Shown in pieces: positions 9,770 through 18,342 of a stretch of 36,826 nucleotides of DNA. The translations under genes and the position numbers were made by a program. The DNA comes from an uncultured Lachnospiraceae bacterium. Its GTDB lineage: Bacteria; Bacillota; Clostridia; Lachnospirales; Lachnospiraceae. Each line of letters opens with the position of its first letter. The first letter of the stretch is position 1. The stretch spans positions 1 through 36,826 of the forward strand of contig CANREH010000022.1 of the NCBI GenBank assembly GCA_947629585.1. Direction: 5' to 3'. The notes beneath the pieces were generated by a model. The model was not told the origin of the DNA. It did no database searches and saw only the letters and a list, made by a program, of their open reading frames with translations.

Positions 9770-10744
9770 GACTTTACTACAGCTATTAATAATTCCAACA
9801 AAATCAATCCTCCAATGTATCTTGTGCCAGAGGTTTATGAAATAGATGGAAAGAAGATTATATACATTCGGGTGCCGGAAGGTACTCAGGTCAGACGTTT
9901 AAATGGGCGTATTTTTGACAGAACATATGAAGGTGATTTGACATTACGGATAATGCTGAATTAGTTTATAAAATGTATGGAAGAAAACAAAACACATATT
10001 TTGTAAATAGGGTGTATCCTAATCTTGGGTTGGAGTTTTTAGATTTTACTGTTATCAAAAAAGCAAAGAAGCTGGCGGTGGGAAGAGTAGACAATCATGC
10101 ATGGATAGATATGAATGAAGAGGAGATTCTTAGAAGTTTAGGTTTAATTTTAACAGATTCAGATACTGGAAAAGAAGGAATTACTCTTGCGTCAATATTA
10201 CTTTTTGGCAAAGACAGTACAATTATGTCAGTGCTGCCGCAATATAAGACAGACGCCATTTACAGGGTAAAGAATATGGATCGTTATGATGACAGGGAAG
10301 TCATAATTACTAATCTCATAGACAGCTTTCGTAAGCTGATGGATTTTGGCAAGAAACATTTGAATGATGTTTTTGTCCTTGATGGAGATCAGAGTCTCAG
10401 GCAGGACTCCTAAATTTGTTGAAGATAATATATTCCAGATTATAATACCTATAGATAATGTCGCTAATCTCAAGGTGGGATCAACGGCTGCAGAAATAAT
10501 AACGAGAAATGTTGTTGATAACCATAAACTGAGCGATAAATTAACAAGGAAAGAAAAAGTGTTTTTAGAAATCCTTATTGAGCAGTTAAATAAAGATAAC
10601 TATGTTACAACAACAGTGATGTCGAATATAACAAAAATTCCGGCATCTACGATTAGAAGGTATATGAAAAAATTCTGTGAATTAGATATATTAGTTTCGG
10701 AAGGAAAAAATAAAAGCACACAATATCGGTTAAAAAAGATTTAA
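9770..10744 (+). pseudogene. Remnant of an AlbA_2 / HATPase_c_4 / wHTH transcriptional regulator ('RecG-like ATP-dependent DNA helicase' family). It is 5'-truncated and split over three frames by two frameshifts.
   Basis: ORFs 9650..9964 (frame 2), 9973..10413 (frame 1) and 10364..10744 (frame 2) follow each other and together read like one protein. Pieces include ...EIDGKKIIYIRVPEGTQV.RRLNGRIFDR..., ...ASILLFGKDSTIMSVLP... and a C-terminal HTH ...ITKIPASTIRRYMKKFCELDILVSEGKNKSTQYRLKK. The N-terminal half of the AlbA_2 domain has no room upstream, because the ABC ATPase starts at 9586. The region is AT-rich. Confidence 0.5.
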
Positions 10745-11028
10745 TTTTAGCATTTAAATAATATAGCGCAGACTATATTATATTCTGATCGAACACCAAT
10801 TGTGCTTACCTTTCGCTTTATTTTCCATAGGTATCCCATTCGATACAGGAAGTCATAGTGACAAAGTTTTGCAAGATGTGACGGCAAATAAAATCTTATT
10901 TTTATATCTTAGATAATATATTCCAAAGTATCATAGTTTTTTCACATTTTTATGATATGATGACATATTGTGGTGATACTGCACAGCAGGACATGGAAGT
11001 TTAAGGAAAGATAGAAAGAAGGAATACA

Positions 11029-11961
11029 ATGCATTACCTGTGCCATAAATGTAATTTTATGTTTTCGTCGGGAGGACAGTGCCCTGTCTGCGGCGGGAAG
11101 TTAAAAGAACAGGAAAAGGAGCTCCGTTTTTTAGAGCCGGATCTGATAGTAAAGCCGTCTGTGGAGAAAAAAGAGCTTGCGGAGAAATATGGAATTTTGG
11201 AAGAGAATTTTAAGACTGTCTATGTGCCGTTCTGGAATATCAGCGTCCATATGGATCAGCACGTCGTCTATACCCTGGAGACGATAAAAGACGGTTTGAG
11301 CAGCATGAAAACGGCGTTTGTCCATGTGTCCGGCGGCTTTGTGGACAGGCGTTATGAAACCGTTTCCGGGCAGAAGGCGCTGCTTGGATATTTAAAGCAG
11401 ATTTCGTTTGAGAAGGCGGAAGAATTTCATGGACTTGAAGAAGGGGAAGCGATGGTTCTTGCGGAAGATCAGGAAAAACAGAAAGGGAATGATGTACCCC
11501 GGATTCTTGCCGATCTTTTGACAGAGCTTGGAGAAGAAAGCGAAGAATTAAAAGAAGAAGGACGTCCCGTCTGCGATACCATGCCGGGGTATGATTTGGA
11601 GGATTGCTCGGTTGTCCTGATTCCTGTCTATATTGGGAAAGAAAAAGGCAGGAGATGTATTCTGGATGCGCAGACAGGCGAGATGATTTCCGATAATAAA
11701 CCGAGGAAAAGGGCAATAAAAATACAGGCTGCGGTATTTTTCCTGTTAACGTTTCTTTACGGTATTGTGCAGTATTTCCTGCATTATCAGCTTGCCGTTA
11801 CGGTGATTTATATCCTGCTGGTACTGTTATCCGCCATGTTGATTTCCATACCGGAGGATGCGATGGAGACTGTGAAAGAACAGGAAAAAGAGCCGGAAAT
11901 GGAGTTTGATGTGATCGAGATTGTTGAGGGGCAGAAAGAGCTGTCTTACTTTATGGAATAA
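11029..11961 (+). CDS. Zinc-ribbon, tail-anchored membrane protein; paralog of the YdjG-like gene at 30060..31130
   Basis: N-terminal CHKC…CPVCGG zinc ribbon, an acidic linker, and a C-terminal TM segment (AAVFFLLTFLYGIVQYFL…VIYILLVLLSAMLI). It shares YVPFW, L(I/L)PV(Y/W) and (D/N)(A/G)QTG(E/K)(M/I) motifs and the Lys/Arg-rich segment before the TM with ORF 30060..31130. Confidence 0.6.
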   Translation: MHYLCHKCNFMFSSGGQCPVCGGKLKEQEKELRFLEPDLIVKPSVEKKELAEKYGILEENFKTVYVPFWNISVHMDQHVVYTLETIKDGLSSMKTAFVHVSGGFVDRRYETVSGQKALLGYLKQISFEKAEEFHGLEEGEAMVLAEDQEKQKGNDVPRILADLLTELGEESEELKEEGRPVCDTMPGYDLEDCSVVLIPVYIGKEKGRRCILDAQTGEMISDNKPRKRAIKIQAAVFFLLTFLYGIVQYFLHYQLAVTVIYILLVLLSAMLISIPEDAMETVKEQEKEPEMEFDVIEIVEGQKELSYFME

Positions 11962-12070
11962 TTACAGAAGGAATGGAAAGTTCAGTAACAGTTCGGCGGT
12001 TGTTCTGATTTTTACAATTCAATTGTTTGTCCGGAGATTACAATGGGTCTGTCCAATGGATCAGGGCAAA

Positions 12071-12115
12071 GGCGTCTGAAGAAGTGAAAAAGCTTCATCA
12101 GGCGCCTTTTTCGTT
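12071..12115 (+). terminator. Rho-independent terminator downstream of the 11029..11961 gene
   Basis: GGCGTCTGAAGAAG / CTTCATCAGGCGCC stem (13 of 14 pairs), 8-nt loop, then TTTTTCGTTGTTTC. Confidence 0.55.
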
Positions 12116-12120
12116 GTTTC

Positions 12121-12210
12121 ATAGGAAATTTCTTCGGAATTTCCTATGAGGCCGCTTCCTTCGGAAACGGCTAAGATCCGAACAGATGCGGGCTTTGCCC
12201 GCTTTGTTCT
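12121..12210 (+). promoter_or_regulatory. Structured 5' leader of the dehydrogenase operon: three consecutive hairpins, the last terminator-like, placed directly before the RBS
   Basis: ATAGGAAATT-TCTTCGG-AATTTCCTAT (perfect 10-bp stem, 12121-12147). GCCGCTTCC-TTCG-GAAACGGC (12151-12171). GCGGGC-TTT-GCCCGC followed by TTTGTTCT (12188-12210). Then AAGGAAAGGAG RBS and the ATG at 12244. Confidence 0.35.
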
Positions 12211-12243
12211 ATAAGGAATGACGGAGAAGGAAAGGAGCAGCGT

Positions 12244-12567
12244 ATGGCAGAGAGAATAAAAGAGCATCCGATACTGGGGATTCCGGAAAAAGGAACCCTT
12301 GTGAAATTTACCTTTGATGGAAAAGAGATGGAAGGCTTTGAAGGAGAGCCGATTGCTGCGGCGCTTAAAGCGGCAGGGGTGATGGTTCACAGGTATACCA
12401 AAAAGGAACATAAGCCGAGAGGCATTTTCTGCGCGATTGGGAGATGTACGGACTGTGTCATGATCGTCAACGGAGTTCCGAACGTAAGAACCTGTATTAC
12501 GCCGCTGAAAGAAGGAATTGTGGTACAGACGCAGTATGGCGTAAGCGCAGAACCGTTTAAGCAATAA
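12244..12567 (+). CDS. Small (2Fe-2S)-binding subunit (HcnA / OoxA N-terminal / SoxA-type) of a heteromeric flavin dehydrogenase
   Basis: 107 aa with Cys motif ...GIFCAIGRCTDCVMIVNGVPNVRTC... typical of HcnA-like 2Fe-2S subunits. It is the first gene after the leader. Confidence 0.7.
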   Translation: MAERIKEHPILGIPEKGTLVKFTFDGKEMEGFEGEPIAAALKAAGVMVHRYTKKEHKPRGIFCAIGRCTDCVMIVNGVPNVRTCITPLKEGIVVQTQYGVSAEPFKQ

Positions 12568-12601
12568 AAAGAGGAAGAACAGGTACGGAAAGGGGCAGTT
12601 T

Positions 12602-14179
12602 ATGAAGCGGTATGATTTGATTATAGTGGGAGCAGGGCCGTCGGGGTTATGCGCCGCGATTGAAGCGGCGAAAAGAGGGCTGAATACGGTGGTATTTGAT
12701 GAAAATGAAAAACCGGGCGGGCAATTATTTAAGCAGATCCATAAATTTTTCGGATCCAAAGAACACAGGGCAAAGGTCAGGGGATTTGTGATTGGCAGGC
12801 AGCTCCTTGACGAAGCGGACAGGGCAGGCGTAAAGGTCGTTTTGAATGCGACGGTGATTGGGCTTTATCAGGATAAGGAGATCGTTGTAAAGATTGGTGA
12901 TGGAATAGAGCATTATAAAGGCGATGCGATTATTATTGCCACAGGGGCAGCGGAAAATATGGTTACGTTTCCGGGCTGGACACTTCCCGGAGTAATTGGG
13001 GCAGGAGCGGCGCAGACGATGATGAATCTGCATGGCGTCCTTCCGGGGAAAAAAGTGCTTATGCTCGGCTCCGGAAATGTAGGGCTTGTTGTCTCGTTCC
13101 AGTTAATGCAGTGCGGCTGTGAAGTGACAGCATTGGTGGACGCTGCGCCGAGGGTAGGCGGATATGGCGTTCATGCGGCTAAAATTGCAAGGACGGGGGT
13201 GCCGTTTTACCTTTCCCATACCATTGTGAGAGCGGAAGGAGAGGAATGCGTAACCGGAGTTGTCATTGCAGAGATTGACAGTCATTTCCAGTTTATTCCG
13301 GGAACGGAGAAACATTTTGATGTAGATACGATTTGCCTTGCAGTAGGGCTTTCGCCAATGTCGCAGTTATTGAAAATGGCGGGATGTAAAATGGAAGATA
13401 ATCCGAAGCGCGGCGGGCAGGTTCCTGTCTGTGACGAATACGGGCGCACATCCCTTCCGGGAGTGTTTGTCGCAGGTGATGTCAGCGGCATTGAGGAAGC
13501 GTCTTCCGCAATGATTGAGGGAAAGATGGCAGGGATTGCCGCGGCAGAGTATTTAGGCTATATCGAAGAGGAAGAACTGAAAAAAGAGCTTGTTTCCTTA
13601 GAGGACGCCCTAAATGGGCTTCGTCAGGGAATGTTTGCTCCTGAGAACAGGGGGAAGCGGATAGAAACGACAGAGGAAGGAATTGCCGTTTCTGAGAATC
13701 TTTTGGAGCATGGGTTTATCACGGAGGAAGAGATCGAAAGGTTTCCGGGAATTACCCATAAAGCGGGCATTCATCCGGTTATGGAATGTACCCAGAATAT
13801 TCCATGCAATCCATGTCAGGATGCCTGTCCAAAAGGCTGTATCAGTATCGGGGATAAGATTACGTCCCTTCCCGTGGTAGTAGATGGAAGTCAGTGCATT
13901 AATTGCGGTATGTGCGTGGCAAGCTGTTCCGGGCAGGCCATTTTTCTGGTCGAAGAAGACTGCGGGGATGGGACGGCCCTTGTCACGCTTCCCTATGAAT
14001 TTCTCCCGCTTCCGGAAGACGGAACAAAAGGGAAAGGACTGGGAAGAAACGGGGAACCGGTCTGTGACGCGCAGGTGGTATCTGTCAAGAATAATCTGGC
14101 ATATGACAAGACTCCTTTACTGACGATAAAGGTTCCGAAGGAATATGCCATGAAAGCCCGATTTTTTAAAGCTCTGTAA
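12602..14179 (+). CDS. FAD/NAD(P)-binding pyridine-nucleotide-disulfide-type oxidoreductase subunit with a C-terminal 2x[4Fe-4S] ferredoxin domain (HcnB / PdhA-like)
   Basis: N-terminal DLIIVGAGPSGLCAAIEAAKRG (GxGxxG) and a second dinucleotide fold VLMLGSGNVGLV. C-terminal CNPCQDACP and CINCGMCVASC clusters. Confidence 0.75.
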   Translation: MKRYDLIIVGAGPSGLCAAIEAAKRGLNTVVFDENEKPGGQLFKQIHKFFGSKEHRAKVRGFVIGRQLLDEADRAGVKVVLNATVIGLYQDKEIVVKIGDGIEHYKGDAIIIATGAAENMVTFPGWTLPGVIGAGAAQTMMNLHGVLPGKKVLMLGSGNVGLVVSFQLMQCGCEVTALVDAAPRVGGYGVHAAKIARTGVPFYLSHTIVRAEGEECVTGVVIAEIDSHFQFIPGTEKHFDVDTICLAVGLSPMSQLLKMAGCKMEDNPKRGGQVPVCDEYGRTSLPGVFVAGDVSGIEEASSAMIEGKMAGIAAAEYLGYIEEEELKKELVSLEDALNGLRQGMFAPENRGKRIETTEEGIAVSENLLEHGFITEEEIERFPGITHKAGIHPVMECTQNIPCNPCQDACPKGCISIGDKITSLPVVVDGSQCINCGMCVASCSGQAIFLVEEDCGDGTALVTLPYEFLPLPEDGTKGKGLGRNGEPVCDAQVVSVKNNLAYDKTPLLTIKVPKEYAMKARFFKAL

Positions 14180-14206
14180 AAAAACAAAAAGAATGGAGGG
14201 TGCGGC

Positions 14207-14557
14207 ATGAATGCAGTGAATGACCGATCAAGGGATATTGGCCCATTTATCCCGGGAACAGATGATGATATATTAATTTGCCGTTGTGAGGAAATTACAA
14301 AGGGAGAGATAAGGAAGGCTGTCCATGATGGAATGTGGACAATGACAGAAATCCGGAGATATTTAAGAACAGGAATGGGGCTGTGCCAGGGGCAGACTTG
14401 CGCAAAACTGGTAAAGGCGATTGTGGCAAAAGAGCTTGGGATATCCCCTGCCGAGCTTGAGCCTGCCACTTCCAGAGTCCCAATGAGGCCGATTGAGATG
14501 AGAATATTTGCCAATGAGCTGGCAGATAAAAAGGAGGATGGACAGGATGGGAAATAA
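14207..14557 (+). CDS. BFD-like [2Fe-2S]-binding protein
   Basis: CRCEEITKGEIRKAV…GMGLCQGQTC is the BFD-type 2Fe-2S motif (C-x-C…C-x2-C). GGAGGG RBS. Its 3' end overlaps the next gene's start. Confidence 0.65.
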   Translation: MNAVNDRSRDIGPFIPGTDDDILICRCEEITKGEIRKAVHDGMWTMTEIRRYLRTGMGLCQGQTCAKLVKAIVAKELGISPAELEPATSRVPMRPIEMRIFANELADKKEDGQDGK

Positions 14558-15677
14558 TGCAGAAATTATTGTCATAGGGGGCGGCATTATCGGCTGTGCC
14601 ATCAGTTATTATCTTGCGAAAAGAGGAGCAGATGTCATTTGCCTGGAGGGTTCGGATCATTTTGGAAATGGAGGATCTTCAAGAAACGGCGGCGGTGTGC
14701 GCCAGTCCGGACGGGATCCCAGAGAGCTTCCGTTAGTCATGTATGGCATCAGGAATCTTTGGCCATTTCTTTCCGAAGAACTGGATGTCGATTGTGAATA
14801 TCATCAGGACGGAAATCTCCGGCTGGGGAAAACAAAGAAGCATGAGGAAATTTTGACAGGGCTTACCGAAAGGGCTGTGAAAGCAGGGCTTGATGTGAAA
14901 ATGATTGACGGTGATGAAGTGAGGAGAATAAATCCGTATCTTTCGGAAGAAGTTACCTGCGCAAGCTGGTGTCCTACAGACGGCCATGCGAATCCGCTGA
15001 CAACCACGCTGGGATTTTATAAAGCCGCCCGGAAAATGGGAGTGCATTTCCTGTCCGGAGAAAAAGTGATAGAAATGAGGAAAGTGAAAGGCGTTCTCAG
15101 AAAAGTGATCTGTGCGTCAGGAAATATTTATGAAGGGGAAACGATCGTTTTAGCTGCCGGATATGAAAGCAGGGCGATTGCCGGAACGGTCGGCATTGAT
15201 ATTCCTATGCAGCCTGCGATGTTGGAGGCTTTAGTAACGGAAGCAGAGCCGCCGATGTTCGATCAGATGCTGGGGACGGCGGAGGCGGATTTTTATGGAC
15301 ATCAGACCAAACATGGCTCCTTTGTGTTTGGCGGTTCGTCAGGGCTGGAGGGATTTACGAAAGATAACGGAACTCCGGTTTGTTATGCAAAAACGGCGCC
15401 CTGCATCTGCCGGGGAATTATGAAATATTTTCCCGATCTTGCGGAGGCAAAGATTGTAAGAACCTGGGCGGGCTGGATGGATCGATGTGTTGACGGCGTG
15501 CCGGTTCTTGGGAAAGTAGAAGAAGTTCCAGGGCTGATCCTTGCGTGCGGCTTTACCGGGCATGGGTTTGGAATAGCGCCGGGGGCGGCCGATCAGCTGG
15601 CAGAGCTGATTACTACGGGAAGTACGCAGGTGGATTTATCGGCTCTGCGGTATGACCGTTTTCGGGCAAAAATATAA
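14547..15677 (+). CDS. FAD-dependent oxidoreductase (DadA / HcnC / SoxB / glycine-oxidase family); catalytic beta-type subunit
   Basis: N-terminal AEIIVIGGGIIGCAISYYLAKRGADV dinucleotide fold and a C-terminal GHGFGIAPG motif. I place the start at the ATG at 14547, 10 nt after AAAGGAGG. The tracked ORF starts earlier at 14508, inside the previous gene. Confidence 0.8.
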   Translation: MGNNAEIIVIGGGIIGCAISYYLAKRGADVICLEGSDHFGNGGSSRNGGGVRQSGRDPRELPLVMYGIRNLWPFLSEELDVDCEYHQDGNLRLGKTKKHEEILTGLTERAVKAGLDVKMIDGDEVRRINPYLSEEVTCASWCPTDGHANPLTTTLGFYKAARKMGVHFLSGEKVIEMRKVKGVLRKVICASGNIYEGETIVLAAGYESRAIAGTVGIDIPMQPAMLEALVTEAEPPMFDQMLGTAEADFYGHQTKHGSFVFGGSSGLEGFTKDNGTPVCYAKTAPCICRGIMKYFPDLAEAKIVRTWAGWMDRCVDGVPVLGKVEEVPGLILACGFTGHGFGIAPGAADQLAELITTGSTQVDLSALRYDRFRAKI

Positions 15678-16504
15678 TGATGGCATGGAATATATTAAAA
15701 CCGACACAGCCGTATTTTGTATTTGACATGGATGAATTTTATCAGGAACTATATTTAAAACAGGGTATCTCTCATTTTTATTCCTGCCATACGAAGGAAA
15801 GTAAAATGATCCGTGTCGTTCCTGACGGGTGTATTGATTTATCCTTTGAATACAATGGCGCTAAGATGAGAAGTTTTGCCTGCGGCACTCCCGCTGTTTA
15901 CAGAGAGGAAATAAGGCCGGAATATCACGATGTTTTCGGAGTGCGTTTTATGCCCGGCGTGCAGCCGGCCCTGATTAACGTTACTATGAGGGAACTTTTT
16001 GATAAGCGCATAAGTCTGGAGCCGATTTTATGCGGTGACAGGACATGGCTTGAAAATCTGGAAAAAGAAACGGGTTTTTACCAGAGAATCCGGATTTTTA
16101 TTGAGGCATATACCAAAGAAGAAAAGAAAAAAGAACTGCCGTTTGGGAAAAAAGCTCTGGCGGAATCGGTAAAAAAAATGGCCTATCAGTCCGGCGGGTG
16201 TGTCCGGATATCGGAAATGGCGGATAAGACAGGGTATTCGGAGCGGTATATTAATAAAATCTTTATGGAAGAAATGGGATTTTCGCCAAAAACCTTCTGT
16301 AAAATTATTCAGTTCCAGAGGGCGTTGGAGCTTTTAAATTATGGCGCTCCTGATAAAATGACAGATGCGGCGGTGGAGCTTGGCTATTACGATCAGCCGC
16401 AGTTTATCCGTGATTTTATAAAATATGCGGGAATTACGCCTAACCAGTACCTGAAATTAGTGAAAGAAGAAAAATATGCGTCAAAAGTCAGAAATGGAGG
16501 TTAA
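15677..16504 (+). CDS. AraC-family transcriptional regulator
   Basis: C-terminal AraC HTH region (...FCKIIQFQRALELL... YYDQPQFIRDFIKYAGITPNQY). It overlaps the upstream stop by 1 nt (TAATG). Confidence 0.75.
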   Translation: MMAWNILKPTQPYFVFDMDEFYQELYLKQGISHFYSCHTKESKMIRVVPDGCIDLSFEYNGAKMRSFACGTPAVYREEIRPEYHDVFGVRFMPGVQPALINVTMRELFDKRISLEPILCGDRTWLENLEKETGFYQRIRIFIEAYTKEEKKKELPFGKKALAESVKKMAYQSGGCVRISEMADKTGYSERYINKIFMEEMGFSPKTFCKIIQFQRALELLNYGAPDKMTDAAVELGYYDQPQFIRDFIKYAGITPNQYLKLVKEEKYASKVRNGG

Positions 16505-16507
16505 AGC

Positions 16508-16855
16508 ATGGAATTTTTAAAAGTGGAAGTCATTACGTCGATGGACAAATTAAGCAGCTTAAAAACAGCGCTCAGTAAGCTTGGCGTGAGCGGCATGACC
16601 GTACTGCAGGCGCTTGGGTGCGGGGTGCAGAAAGGGACATTTGAGTATGAAGCGCAGCAGAATCCGGAAATGGAACTGCTGCCGAAACAGCTGATTATGA
16701 TTGTGGTGGAGGAGAGAATTATTGATAAAGTAATCGAAACCATTAAAAAGGAGCTTTATACAGGGCATATCGGCGATGGAAAAATCTTTGTTTCGCCGCT
16801 GTCCAATATCATCAGGGTGAGGACAGGCGAGGAAGGTCTGGACGCACTCAAATAG
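16508..16855 (+). CDS. P-II (GlnB-like) family signal-transduction protein
   Basis: 115-aa protein with P-II-like topology, a T-loop region ...GCGVQKGTFEYEAQQ...LLPK... and a ...TGHIGDGKIFVSPL... motif. GGAGG RBS. It starts 4 nt after the araC stop. Confidence 0.65.
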   Translation: MEFLKVEVITSMDKLSSLKTALSKLGVSGMTVLQALGCGVQKGTFEYEAQQNPEMELLPKQLIMIVVEERIIDKVIETIKKELYTGHIGDGKIFVSPLSNIIRVRTGEEGLDALK

Positions 16856-16902
16856 AAAGAAGAAAGATGTAACAATTAATATTGCAGGAAAGGAGACAGA
16901 GT

Positions 16903-18342
16903 ATGAATGAGAAAAAATTAGGATTGCCAAGCGCGATTGCAACAGGCGTTGGCCTTATTGTCGCAACCAGCTGCCTGATGTCTTTGGGGCAGGGAACCAG
17001 TGTGTTAGGGACCGGGTTTATTCTTTCGATGGCTTTAGCCTGCGCAATCAATATACTTACGGCGCTTTCGATGGCGGAGCTGAATGCGCTGATGCCGAAT
17101 CTTACCGGAGGGCTGGCCCAGTATACGCTTGCCGGAATGGGGCCATTTATTACCATACTTACGATGGTGGGCGGATATCTGGTCTGTCAGGCTATCGCTG
17201 GCTCTGTGGAAAGCGCCATGTTTGGGAATGCGATTAATTCCGTATTTAATACCGGCATTCCGTCCTGGGTTTTTTCCGTGGCAATGGTTTTACTGCTGAT
17301 TTTTGCTAATATGAGAGGCGTTGACATTTTTGCAAAAATTCAGGATGTTGTTGCATTCCTGTTAATCGGCTCGTTAACTGTAATGGGACTGATAGGGACA
17401 TTGGGGCTTGGCACGGGGGAAACCGTTGCGCAGGCTTCCAATACTGCGGGTTCCTTTTCCGATATTTTCGGTATGCTGGGTCTGGCGTTTTTCCTTTTTA
17501 TCGGATGTGAGTTTGTGATTCCGATTTCAAAAAGCGTAAAAAACGAGAGGCGCAATGTTCCGCTTGGAATGGTACTCAGCCTTGTCATTATTCTGGCCAT
17601 GCAGATTTTAATTGTAATAGGCATGACGAAATATGTAAGCTATGAGGAACTGGGCGCAAGCGCATCCCCGCATATTTTATATGGAAATGCCCTGCTTGGA
17701 TCTTTAGGATCTTACTGGATGATTTTCGTGTCTGCATTGGCGGTTATCAGCACGGTAAATTCCGCCATGAGTTCCTTTTCGTTTATGTGCGCCGGCATGG
17801 CGAAGATTAATCTGCTTCCTGCTTTCTTTTTGAAAAAAAATAAAACAGAAGCGTACTATGTCGGGATTTTAATTATTGGGGGATTGGAAATTGCCGCCAA
17901 TATTGTCGGCTTGTCTACAAGCGATTCCCTTACCTTTATGATTTCCGTGGCGATTGTATTTTGGATGGTTTCCTATATTGTGTCGAATATCAATGTTGTA
18001 ATCTTCAGGATAAGGATGCCAAAGGCGCCGAGAACATTTAAAGTCCCGTTTGGGCCGGTTCTTCCCATAGTGGCTGCAGTAGGGACGGCATTTATGATTT
18101 GGAATATTGACGGGAATCCCGCTGTCAGAAATTCTATTTTCCTGATTGATGGAATCATTTTTGTCATACTTGCCGTTTATTCCGTTATCTGGTGTAAGGT
18201 TCGGGTAAAAAAGGCATTATTTAAACCGATTCCTGTCCCGGAAGTAATGGCGATGGAAAATTCTTTATATTTAATAGCGCATAAAAAAATAGAGATTCAT
18301 GATAATAAGGAGGAGACGTATTATGGCTTATCCAAAGGTTGA
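16903..18342 (+). CDS. APC-superfamily amino-acid permease
   Basis: About 480 aa with 12 predicted TM helices and APC-like N-terminal GLPSAIATGVGLIV. I place the start at the ATG at 16903, after AGGAAAGGAGA. The tracked ORF starts at 16882. Confidence 0.8.
   Translation: MNEKKLGLPSAIATGVGLIVATSCLMSLGQGTSVLGTGFILSMALACAINILTALSMAELNALMPNLTGGLAQYTLAGMGPFITILTMVGGYLVCQAIAGSVESAMFGNAINSVFNTGIPSWVFSVAMVLLLIFANMRGVDIFAKIQDVVAFLLIGSLTVMGLIGTLGLGTGETVAQASNTAGSFSDIFGMLGLAFFLFIGCEFVIPISKSVKNERRNVPLGMVLSLVIILAMQILIVIGMTKYVSYEELGASASPHILYGNALLGSLGSYWMIFVSALAVISTVNSAMSSFSFMCAGMAKINLLPAFFLKKNKTEAYYVGILIIGGLEIAANIVGLSTSDSLTFMISVAIVFWMVSYIVSNINVVIFRIRMPKAPRTFKVPFGPVLPIVAAVGTAFMIWNIDGNPAVRNSIFLIDGIIFVILAVYSVIWCKVRVKKALFKPIPVPEVMAMENSLYLIAHKKIEIHDNKEETYYGLSKG

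Noticed and set aside
12061-12759. 232-aa minus-strand ORF spanning the operon leader and the 2Fe-2S gene
   Set aside because: It overlaps a terminator, a structured leader and two well-supported plus-strand genes. Its translation is low-complexity.
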